Shown here piece after piece: positions 1 to 12,000 of a stretch of 32,000 bases of DNA. Each line of letters starts with the position of its first letter. Positions within the stretch are counted from its first letter, which is position 1. This stretch comes from Alkalilimnicola ehrlichii MLHE-1 (lineage in GTDB: Bacteria; Pseudomonadota; Gammaproteobacteria; Nitrococcales; Halorhodospiraceae): positions 1,200,001 to 1,232,000 of the forward strand of contig NC_008340.1 in the NCBI RefSeq assembly GCF_000014785.1. Reading direction: 5' to 3'. The notes beneath the pieces are model-generated. The model was not told the origin of the DNA. It was given only the letters and a program-made list of their open reading frames with translations, and made no database searches. Position numbers and translations under genes: made by a program.

Positions 1-2
1 AG

Positions 3-3000
3 GCGCTGGTGCCGGAGGGGCTGGAAGAGGTCGCCGAGTCGGCCATCGACAGCGGACTGGAGGCCGTCGACGACGAGCTCGACAACCAGGATCTGCCGGA
101 CTTCGGGCTTGGGCTCGGTCTGGTGGACGCCTCGGCCATCGTCACCCTGGAGGACGGTGCGGAACTGGACGCGGGCGGGAACGTGAACATCCATGCCGAG
201 GCGCAGCGCACCGCCCGCGCCGAGGCGCATGCCGACGGCGACGGCCTCGGTGGCGCCTTCGCCCTGGCCTCGATCAGCGGGCAGACCGCGGTCACCGTGG
301 AAGAGGGCGCGAGCATTGTGGCCGGCGGTGACATCGACCTGCGCGCGGCCAGTCACAATGAATTGGTGGCCGAGGCCGTCACCGAGGTGGGCGACGGTTT
401 TGACGTCGGCCTGGGCGGCAGTGTGGCCCTGGGCTTCCTACAGTCGGAGCCGGAGGATGGCGGCACCACCGTCCAGGTGCAGGAGGGGGCGACCCTCGCC
501 GCCGGGGGCGATCTCGGCCTGTCGGCGTTCACGGAACACGATGTCACCGTCGACGCCACCACCACGCTCGGCAGCGGGGGCGAGGCGGCTTTTGGCGCCA
601 CGGTGGCCTACCTGGGTCTGGACTGGACCACCCGCACGCTGCTCACCGGCGGGGCGGTCGCCGACGACACCGTTGAACCCCCCGTGGGCATCGTCGCCGG
701 CGGTGACCTGCGGATGGTGGCGCGCACCGACCAGGCGATCCACACCGGGGCCTCGGTGGAGACCACCGGCGACATCAGTGTGGGGCTGGCGGCGGCGGTG
801 GCCGAGTTGAACAACACCACCCGCGTGGTCCTGGACGGTACGGTGCGGGCGGGCGGGGACGCGACCCTGCTGGCGGAATCCATCACCCGGGCGCAGCACA
901 CCGTGGCCACCACCCGGGCCGCGGAGGACGCTGACAATAACGGCGGTAATGGCAACGACGGACCGGACGAGGCCGCCGACGATCAAGGCACCTCCGACTA
1001 CGTGGCCGGTCTGGTCGGTGACGTGGATACCGGCGAGCCGGAGGAGACCCCGGGTGCCGGTGGCAATGGCGGCCTGGCCCTGGATATCGGGGCGGCGGTG
1101 GCCTACACCGATGCCCGGGACAGCGCCAGCACCACCCTCGGAGGCAATACCCAGCTGTTGCCACCCGCCGGCCCGCTGGGACCGGGTGGCCAGGTGGCCA
1201 TCGTCTCCCGCCGGCAGTTGGACAATCTCTCCACCCGCGCCCGCTCCGGCACCGAGGCCACCGGCCCGGACGGTGACGACGGGGCCAACAGCATCAACGC
1301 GGCGGTCAGTTACGCCCGGCTTGACCAGATCGCCCGTACCGAGATCGCCGACGGTGCCCGCATCGAGGCCGGGCGCATCGGCGTTGGCGCCGAGGTGGAT
1401 CTGCCCGCACGGGTGGCGTGGGGTGACGAGGACAACGAGGACGGGCCGGGCGGGCTGGACGACATTGCGGGCGCTGACAGCGATGATCTGGACGACTGGT
1501 TGACCAGCGAGGCCAGCACGTCGTCGGAGACCGGCGGCACGGTGAATATCGCCGGGGCGGTGAACCTGCTGGACCTGACCGCCACTGCCGAGGCGCTGGT
1601 GGGCACTGGTGACGATCCCACCGATGTGACCACCCTGCACGCGGTGGGTGATGGCGGTGACTGGGAAACCGAGCTGGGCGGTGACACCACCTGGCACTGG
1701 GACGATGCCGTTGCCGTGGCGGCCCGCAGCCGGGTGGAGACCGTGGACGTGGCGGGGCAGGCGGCGGCCGCCGGCACCGTGGGTGTTGGTGGCGGCGTCA
1801 ACTGGCACCTGCGGGAGAGCACCGCCCGGGCGCGCCTGGCCGGCAGCGCGGATATCAGCGCCGACACCGGCGGCGTGTCGGTGTCCGCCGATCGTCGGGA
1901 CAGGGCCATCGTGCTCACCCCGATAGCCGGAGAGTCTGATGGTGGTGCCGTTGGCCTGGGGGCGTCGGTGGCCTATGCCCGTATCGACGGGACCAGCCAG
2001 GCGCAGCTCGACGAGGGCGCCATGGTCGCCGCCGGCGGTGCCCTGGCGGTCACCGCTGGCGGCGACCTGCATGCCGAGATCCTGACCGCCAGCAAAACCA
2101 GCGGCGACGCCACCGCCGGGATCGCCGGCACGGTGGCCTTCGCTGACATCTCCCTGGATACCACCGCCGCAGTCCACGGCCAGCCCGTGGACAATGCCCT
2201 GGAGGTGGGCGACCTGTACCTCCACGCCCTCGACCTGCAGGACTACCAGGTGCAGGCCTCGGCGGAGGCCCAGGGCGATGTCGCCATCGGCCTGGCCGGC
2301 GCGGTACTGGATACCGAGGCCGGCACCCGGGCCCTGCTGTACCGGGATGTCACCACCGACGGCGACGTGGTGCTGATCGCCGACTCCGAGACCACCGGGC
2401 GCGGCGTGGCCGCGAGCACCCGGGCCGAAACCGGGGAGGCGGGTGACAACGGCAACGGAGAGAACAATACCGGCGACGATCGCGACCTCAACACCGTCGA
2501 CTTTGTCCAGCAGCGGGGCGAGCGCGGCAACGAGGGGGTCGATGACGGCCTGCAGGACGTGGCCGGGGACCCCGGTGCCGGCCAGTCGGAAGAGGCCGGC
2601 TTCGACGTCAATGTCGGCGCGGCGGTCGCGTTTACCGGTGCCGACGACTCGGCCGGGGCGCACATCGGCGAGGCGGTGACCATCAGCGGCCCGGGCGGGG
2701 GTGCCGCGGGTGACGTGGCCGTGCTCGCGCGGCGCGCCGAGAGCGGCTATCGCGGGCGCGCCCAGACCGAGGTGGAGACGGCCCCCGAGGATGACGGCGT
2801 CGGTGTCGGGGTCGGCGCCGCACTCACCCTGACCTTCATGGACAACAGCGCGGAGGCACTTATCGGCGCCTCGGCGGTGGTTGACGCCCATCGCGTCGGG
2901 GTGGCCGCGGACGTCATCCTGCCGGACCACTTTGAGGGGCCTGCCTGGGACGGTCTCGAGACCCTCCGCGACCTGGCTCAGGACGACGACGATGAGCTGA

Positions 3001-6000
3001 CCTACGACGAGGCGGAGTCCAATCTGCTGGACATGGCCGACGGTTGGCTCACCACCTATGCCAACGCCGCGGCCGAATCGGAGGACGGGGTCTTCGACGG
3101 CGCCGCCGCCGTCAACTTCGCCCGCTACAACGTCAACGCCGACGCCTGGATCGGTGAGGGCGCCGAGGTGACGGCCGGCGGCACGGCTGGCGATACCGGC
3201 TGGAGCACCGAGCTGCGCCCGGCGCAGGACAATGGCGATCCGGCCCTGAGCCGTCGGTGGAACGAGGCGATCACCGTCAGCGCCGGGGCCGATGTCCGCA
3301 CCATCGACGTCGCCGGCAACGTCGGTGGCCTGCTCACCGCCGGCGTCGCCGGGGACGCCACCGTGGGCATCGGCGCCGGTTTCGCCTGGTTGGAGCGCGG
3401 CGGCCACGTCAGCGCCGGTATCGCCGACCACGCGGTGGTGAGCGCCAGCCACGGGCAGGGCACCATTGGCGTGCACGCCGAGCGCTTCGACCAGTCCATC
3501 GGCATTGCACCCAGTTCCGGCCACGGGGCCAGCTTCGCCGGCAACGGTACGGTGGTGGTCAACCGCCTGGACACCGATACCGTGGCCGCGGTGAGCCACG
3601 CGGCGGCGGTCGACGCCGCGGCACTGACCGTCAGCGCCGGCCGCGATCTGCGCTGGTGGTCGGTGGCCGGTTCCATCACCCTGGCCGAAAGTGTCGCTGT
3701 CGGCGTCGGCATCTCTGTCAACGAACTGCGGACCGATACCCGGGCCGTGATCGGCGATGTGGCCGGTCTCCGCCCGGCGATGGCCGGCGGCGGGGACGTC
3801 ACCGAGCTGGATGACACCGAACAGGGGATTACCGCCGACCAGGTCACCGTGGCCGCACGCAGCGATGGCCTGGTGGGCAGTGCCTCCATCGCCGGCGGCG
3901 CCGCCGGTGAGACCGGCGAGCCGCCGGCCACCGACAACTGGACCGACTCCGGGCTGACCAATGACGTGATTGGTGTCACCTCCGATCGCACCGAAGGGGC
4001 GGAAGCCCCCGAGGATGAGACCATCGCCGAGGCCGTGCAGAGCGGGACCGGCGAGCCAGCCGGGGCGCTGGATGAGCAGGAGGCGTCGGCGGACGACCTG
4101 GACGAGGACGGCGACCTTGCCAACCCGGACCCCACCCAGCCCGACCTGGAGACCTTCCCCGACGAGGGTGCGGACATCCCGGACGCGGGCGCCGATGCCG
4201 ACAGCGAGGAGACGGACCTGGGCGTCGCCGTGGCGGGGTCGGCCTCGGTCAACCTCAGCAGTCTGAACACCACGGCGCTCATCGAGGACGTGTCGCTGGC
4301 GGCGCGCGATGCCGACACCACCGACGTTACCGCCAGCGCGGTGGCCGCCGTTGACACCATCGCCGTCAGCGGCTCCGGGGCCCTGGTGCTGGGCGGTAAC
4401 AGCAGCGACCCTCAGGTGGCCATCGCCGGCACCGTGGGCGTCAATCTGCTCGGCGACCACACCCGGGCGCGGCTGGTGGACACCCGGATCGAGCAACCCG
4501 GCCAGGTGACGGTGGAGGCCCTTCGCGACGGTGAGTTGATCAGCGTCGGCATGGGGTTGGCGATCACCGCCAGTGGCTCCACCAAGGCCGCCGCCGTGGC
4601 CGGTTCCGTCTCCCTCAGCGACATCAGTAATGAGACCGCGGCCACCATCGAGGGCGGCACCATCGGCGACCCCGGGAGCGATCCCGAACCCGACGACGGG
4701 AGCGGGGTGCAGGTGCTGGCCTATGACCGCTCCAGCATCGGGACCGGTGGGGGTTCGCTGTTCGGCGGCAAGGGCGGTGGCTTCGGCGCCGCGGTGACTC
4801 TGGCCCAGGTGCGTAACACCATCGATGCGGGCATTCTCGGTACGCGCATCACCGACGTGGCCGAGGTGACCGTGGATGCCCTCAGCGCCACCCGCATCAT
4901 CAGTGCCGGCGCGGTGCTGGGTTACGGCGGAAAAGGGGCGGTGGGCGGCGCGGTGGTGTTGAACCGCATCGGCAACACCACCAAGGCCGCGATCGCCGAC
5001 CGGGACGACGGCGACGACGTGGAACGCGCGGAGATCACCGCCAATGAGCGGGTGCGGGTGCGGGCGCGCAGCGCCAGTGACGATGAACGCGTGGCGCTGG
5101 ACGACCGCATCGATGCCGCCGGTGGCGGTCACGTTTACAACTTCAGTGGTGAGGGCACCGCGCTGGCCGAGCCCGAGGCCGAAGGTGATCGCGACTGGGG
5201 CGATGACAGCTACGAAACCGGCGGCGATGAGTTCGCCGGCGAGGGCGGCGACCAGGCGGAGATCGACAGCGGCTACGATGACGCCGCCGAGGATGCCCGC
5301 TTCGACGGTGGCCCGCTGGAGGGTGATGCCATTGTCGGTGTGGCCGGCAGCATCAGCGCGAGCGGCAAGGCCAGCATCGGGCTGGCCTTCAGTGGCAACC
5401 AGATCGACAACGACTACATCGCCGAGGTGCGCGGCGCCCGGATCGACGGCGTGGATGGCGAGCTGAGCGTCGATGCCGCCGACCGGTCGCGGGTCATCGG
5501 CCTGGGGGTGGGCGGCGGCGCCTCGGGCAAGGTGGCCATCGCGGGCTCCGGCGCCGCCAATCTGATCGGTGGCGAGGCGCGTGCCACCATCGGCGGCAGC
5601 CGTGCGCAGGCGGACGACGGCCCGGTCCACCTGGCGGAGATCGACGCCGGGGCGGTGAATCTCGGCGCCGATCGCGGTAGCCGCATCGATGCCCTGGCCG
5701 GCAACGTCGCCTTCTCCGGCAAGGCCGGCATCGGTGCCGCCGTGGCCTACAACGCCATCGACACCGCGGTGGCGGCCGAGATCAACCACGCCGATCTCGC
5801 GCTGTCCGGGGGCGACCTGAGCATCGACGCCGGCAGCTCTTCCGACATCTACGGGGTGGCCGTCTCCGGCGGGGGCGGTGGCAAGGTGGCGCTCAACGGC
5901 AGTGCCATCATCAACTTCATCGATCTCGATGTCAGCGCCGGGCTGGGCAGCAGCCGGGTGCGCGACACGGGTGCCGTGCGAATCACCGCCGGCGACCATG

Positions 6001-9000
6001 GCGCCGGTGGCCAGGCCGCCATCTGGAGCCTGGCGGGAGCCATCAACGGTGCCGGCAAGGTCGCGCTGGGTGCGGCGGTGGCCTACAACGAGATCGAATC
6101 CCGCTTTGCCGCGGACATCACCGGCGCCGACATCGAAGCGCTGGGCCCGGTGGATGTGACCGCAGAGGTCAGCGGTGACATCAACACCCTGGGCGCCGCC
6201 GGCGGAGGCGCCGGCAAGGTGGCCCTGGGGGGCGCCGCCACCGTGAGCCGGATCGACAACACCGTCACCGCAAGCCTGACCGGGAGCCGGCTTTACGCCC
6301 CGGCGGCGCTGGTCACCGTGGCGGCGTCGCAGGATAGCCGTATCCGCGCCCTGGGCGCTGCCATTCAGGGTGGCGGCAAGGTGGGCGGGGGCGCGGCAGT
6401 GACCGTTAACCAGATCGGCTCCGGGGTGACTGCCGAGGTGACCGGCGGTGCGCCCGGTCTGCCGGCCGCCATCGATGATCCCGCCGGCGGCGGCGACGCC
6501 GAGGCCCACTACCATCTCGGTCACCTGGTGGTGGATGCCCGCTCGGACAACGAGATTCAGACCATCGCCGCCGGTGCCGCCGCCGGGGGTGTCGGCGGCG
6601 TGGCCGGTTCGGTCTCCACCAACCTGTTCGGCAACCGGACCAAGGCGCGGATCGCCGACGGTGCCGACGTGCTGGCCGAGGGCCACGTGCTGGTGGACGC
6701 CGCCAGCAGCGACAACGTGGCGTTGGTGGCCGGCAGCCTCGGCTTCGGCGGCAAGGCCTTTGGCGCTGCGGGCACCGTCGCGGTCAATATCGTGGAGAGC
6801 GAGACCCACGCCTGGATCGGCGGTGAGGACCCCGGCGACGCCACCGTGGTGGTCGCCCGGGCGCAACAGCCGGGCACGGTCAGTGGCCGTGACCACCGGT
6901 TGCACGCCATCCCCGGGCTGGTGGACAAGTCCGACGGCGAGAACACGTTTGATGACGAGGACGGTGTCGAGATCTACGACAGCGAGGTCGACGACGCCGC
7001 CGAGGACCGCGACGGCACCGGGGGCGGTAGCACCGGAGGCTTCTCGGTGGAGGACGAGGCGGGCGATTACCTGCTCAGCCGCCTGGTCCGGGATGATGAT
7101 CGCGGGGTGGACGGCGTCCGGGTGAGTGCCCGCTCCGATCAGACCACCAGCGCCGCCCTGGCCACCGCCGGCATCTCCGCCAACGTGGTGAAGGGCGGGG
7201 TGGGGTTGGCCGCCACCGCGTTGGTCAACCGCATCGCCGGCGAGACCACCGCCGGTATCCGCAACAGCGAGGTCAGCTCGGAGACCGATGTGGCGGTCTC
7301 TGCCGGAGGGCATGTGCATACCCGCGGCCTGGTCATCGGCGCTGCCCTGGGCAGTGTCGGTGCCTCCGGTGCGGCGGTGGTGGATGTGGTCACCCGCCGG
7401 ACCCGCGCCGGGATCGACGACGCCACGGTGACCGCCGGGGGGCGGATCGACGTGGACGCCGCCGGTTCTCAGAGCACCAGCGGCCTGGCCATCGGGGCCT
7501 CCGGCGGCACCTACGCCAGCCTGGCCGGCGGCGGGGTGGTCAGCCGGCTGGGGGCGCAGACCCTGGCGGAGGTCACCGGCAGTCGCCTGGAGGCGGGCGA
7601 CGTGGGCGTGCAGGCGGACAGCGACACCGGGGTGACGATGCTCACCGGCACCGTCTCGGTGGGTGCCGCGGCCGCCGCCGGCTCCTTCAACGTGGCGGTG
7701 GTGGACGCCGTCACCGTGGCCCGCATCGCCGACAGCGATCAGGACCGTTCCCGGCTCTCGGTGGAGGGCGAGGTGGACGTGGCTGCGGAGTCGTTGAACC
7801 GCTTCGGAACCATTGCCGCCAGCGGTGCCGCCGGCGGCACGGCCATTGCCGGCACCCTGGGCCTGAGCCTGCAACAGAGCGTCACCCAGGCCCGGATCGA
7901 GGGCGCGGCCATCGGCCAGGGGGACGACGATGTCCCCGCGCAGGTTAACGTCCGCGCCCGCGACCACCTGGAGGTGGGGGCCTTTGCCGGTGGTGCCTCC
8001 CTGGGCATGGGGATGGGCCTGGGGGCCGCCGCCAATGTCTTCAGCGGCCAGGCCTCCGTCCTCGCCGAGGTCAGAGACGGCGCGGCGATCGAGGCCGGCG
8101 CGGTGTCGGTCTCCGCCGAGCGCAGTGCCGAGCTGAGCCTGTATACCGCCACCCTGGGTGCCGGCCAGACCGGCTTCAGCGCCGGGGTCGGCGTGATCCT
8201 CCTGGGGGTGGGCGCCGGCGAGGTGACGCCCACCCGGGGCGAGGATGATATCGCCGAAGACGACGTGGAGGGCGGTCTCGAGCGGGAGCTCAATGGCAAC
8301 GGCGGCGGCACTCTGGACACCGCCAATACCTTCGCCAACTTCAGTTTCGAGGGGGATCCGGACAATGACGCCAACACCGAGGACGATGTCGGCGGCAGCC
8401 TCAGCGACGATCAGCGGGACAGCCTGGAGAGCGACCTCGAGTTCAACCTGACCGAGTCGGTGATCGATGGCGATGACCACCAGACGGTGGCCCGCATCGA
8501 TGCCAGCGATCTCCGCGCCGACCGGGTGGACGTGACCGCCGATGACCGGGTGGCCACCCGCAACTACGTGGGCTCCGGTGCGTTGGGGGGTGTCGGCTTC
8601 GGCGCCGCGGTGGGCTTCACCCGGGTGGGTAACGGGGTGGTGGCCGAAATCGGGGGTGACGGCACCCTGGATGTCGGCGAGCTCACCATCCGAGCCGGTC
8701 ACGACGACCTTGGTGGTGGCACTGCGGCGGAGACCCGCGCCTGGGCCGGGGCCGCAGGCGGCATCGGCCTGGCCGCCGCCTATGCCGATGCCGATGTGAC
8801 CACCGGGGTGCGTGCCACCCTGGGCCCGGTGAACCTCCAGCGCGACGCGGCCGACGACGCCGGCGTCGAGCTCACCATCGACGCCTTCGACCACGGCGGG
8901 ACCTATGCCGAGACCATCGGCGTGGCCGCGGGCTTCGTGGCCGGTGTGGGGGCGGCGATCTCCCGCGCGGCGCGAACCTCCACGGTAATCGCCGAGGTGG

Positions 9001-12000
9001 CCGACGACACCGCCGTCGGCAGTGACGACGAGGATTCGGCGGACTTCGATCTCTCCCTCAGCGCCGTCTCCGACGGTGGCGTGGCGGTCGATGGCATCGC
9101 CCTCGGGGCCGGCGTGGTGGGCGGCGGCGCCGCCGCCCTGGCGCTGGGCGAGGAGCGCTCGACGGTGCAGGCGCGCGTGGGCAACGGCGCTGACCTGCGG
9201 CTGGGCGACGGCGCGCTGACCCTGGATGCCCTGGCCCGGCCGGATGTGACCGCGGACGGGGTCGGGGTGGCGGCAGCGGTGACCGGGGCCATCGCTGCGG
9301 CGGTTTCCCGCGCCTACTCTTCGGCCACCGTTGAAGCGGCCGTCGGTGACTTAGACGGCCCCGGTGGCGCCGCGGTGCAGGCGCGCGCGGTGGATGTCCG
9401 GGCACGCAGCCTGCCGGTGGGCAGCTACGGTGCCGAGGCCGAGGCCATCGCGGGGAGTATCGCCAAGGGCGTGGCGGTCTCCGGGTCCTTCGCCTTCGCC
9501 ACCGACACCGCCACCGTAAACGCCGGCCTGGGGCCGGGGGCGGACCTGACCCTGGGCGGCGACGGGCTGTCGGTGTGGGCCGAGGCCGATCCCGCGGCCC
9601 GGGCCCGGACCCACGCCCGCACCTTCGCCGGCGGGGTCGCCTTCGGTGCCAACCTCTCGCAGGCCGCGTCCAATGCCGAGGTGGCAGCGGTGGTGGGTGA
9701 CCAGGCCTCGGTGCGGCTGGCCGACGGGGTGGACGAGGCCGATTTCACCATCCGCGCCATCGCCAATGACGACGGCAGTCGTACCGCCTACGCCACCGGC
9801 GCGGTGAGCGGTGGCGCGCTGCTGGTGTCCGCCAACGGCGGCTATGCCCGGGCCTATGAGCAGACGGCGGTGGACGCCCGCATCGGCACCGGCGCGACCC
9901 TGGACGCCGGTGCCGGTGAGGTGCGGCTGGGCGCCGACGCCACGCCCCACGCCCGGGCCGTGCTCGCCAGCCAGTCTTACGGTGGCGCGTTGGCCATCGG
10001 GGCCGCCATTACCGACGCCCGGGTGGCGGCCGACGTGACCGCTGCCATCGGTGACGGAACCGCCATTCTGGGCGGCGGTGACTTGACGGTGCACGCCCAC
10101 GTCGCCCGCCCGGCGGGTGCCGACAGTGCCTTTGCCCGCTCCGAGGCCAGCAGCGGCGCGCTGGCATCGGCCAATGCGGCCCTGGCGGAGGCCCGCAATC
10201 ACGCCCGGTCGCGGGCGCTGACCGGGGCCGGTGTCACCCTGCCCGGTGGCGTGGTGAGCCTGCGGGCGGAGAACCACAGCCGGCAGCACGGCCACAGTGC
10301 GTCGGAATCCTACGGCGCCTTCGCGGCCGGGATGACCGTGACCCGGGTGGAGTCCGACACCCTGACCCACGCCATCCTCGGCACCGACAACCAGGCCAGC
10401 GACAACGATGATCGGCCGGACGTGGTGGATGTCACCACCAACGCCAGCAGCCACGACCACGGCTTTGGCCAGACTGCCACCGGGGGCGCCATCGACGGGG
10501 CCGCGGCGGAGGTGCATACCTTCAGCACCGCCGATAACCGGGCCCAGGTGCTGGGCCACCACAGCGACCCGCTGCAAGTGGGTGTGCTGAATGTCCGGGC
10601 GCTGCAGGACACCCGCTTCTCCGGCGTGGTGGACACCAGCCGCGCGTCGGTGGCCGGTGCCAGTGGTGCCCGCCTGTACCATAACGCCAACCGGGTCACG
10701 GGCATCGTCAACGTCGACGAGGAGCGGGAGGCCTTCTACGGGGAAACCAGTGTAGTGGAGGCCGGGATCGGCGACCACGCCGATATCCGCGCCCTCTACG
10801 TGGACGTGATCGCCGAGCAGGCGGTGGAGCGCGTCGCCGACGCCGGTAACGACATCCGGGTTGCGGGCGGCGGGGTGCTGGGTGCCTCCGCCGGCCGCGG
10901 CGCCACGTATATTGAGACGATCACCCGGGCGGGTATCGGCACCGGGGCCACGGTCAACGTGGAGCTGGACCTGCTGGTCCGCGCCATCGAGGCGATCACC
11001 GCCGAACAGGTCGCCCGTCTGAACACCGGCAACGCCATCGATATCGCCCGGGCCGAGTCGGTGATGCACACCGATCACCAGAACGACGTGATCATCGGCG
11101 GAAACGCCAACATCACCGCCGGTGGCGATGTGGTGCTCTCCAACGCCACCGAGTTGGACCTGGTGGCTCATACCCGCGCCCGCACCTCCGGGGTGGCCAG
11201 TTTCGCCCGCGGCAACAGCGAGGCGGAGGCCGATGTGCGTGAGGGGATCACCGTGGGCAACGGCGCGCGGCTGGCCTCCGCCGGCAACGTGGTCATGCGC
11301 ACCGGCCTGGGCGACGGCGGTTTGCCGGCTCGCAAGGGCGTGGAGGCCGATACCTACCTGTACAACAAGGGGGCCCTGCCGCTGGAGAACGACCCTCGCG
11401 TGCATGCGGACCTGGTGGTGGACAGCCGTATCGACGTGGCCGACAACGCCGTGGTCGAGGCCGGACAGGACGCCTATCTGATCGCGCCCGTGGGTTTCCG
11501 GTACCGGGCCCGGGGCGAGGGCGAGGGCCAGGACATCTACCGGCGCGCCGCCGAGTCCATCGCCAACTTCTTCCGCCGGCTGGTCCGTGCCGATGAGGTC
11601 TCGCTGGCGAAGGAGGTGCGTAGCGAGGACCTGGTCCGGGGTAGCACCATCACCATCGACGGCCAGGTGGTGGGCGCCGGCGGCATGCACCAATACCTGT
11701 GGGTGCGCCAGGGCGACGATGACGACGAACGCATCCTGGCCAGCCCGGGTGTCGGCTACTTCTTCGAGGAACGCGACGTGCGCGGTGACCTGGAGGCGCT
11801 GGTCGGTGCCTACCGGGATCTGCTGGGGGAATACGTGGAGCCGGATCCGGACGATCCGGAGGGCTCCGGTCTGCTGTTCTGGCGCGCCGCCGCCCAGATC
11901 GAGACCCTCGCCGGCCGCCTGGCTGCCCTGGGGGATGAGGATGACGGGCCCTATGACGGCGGCCGGGCGGTGCCCTTCATCGAGGTGGAGGACATCACCG

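Noticed and set aside
940-990. RTX-like 'GGNGNDG' sequence
   Set aside because: Only one nonapeptide-like instance with no tandem array and no RTX C-terminal features; more likely an acidic linker.
438-8894. 2,818-aa minus-strand ORF
   Set aside because: Lies wholly antisense to the exoprotein gene. Low-complexity Gly/Ala/His/Arg composition without recognisable motifs; a shadow ORF caused by high GC and codon periodicity.
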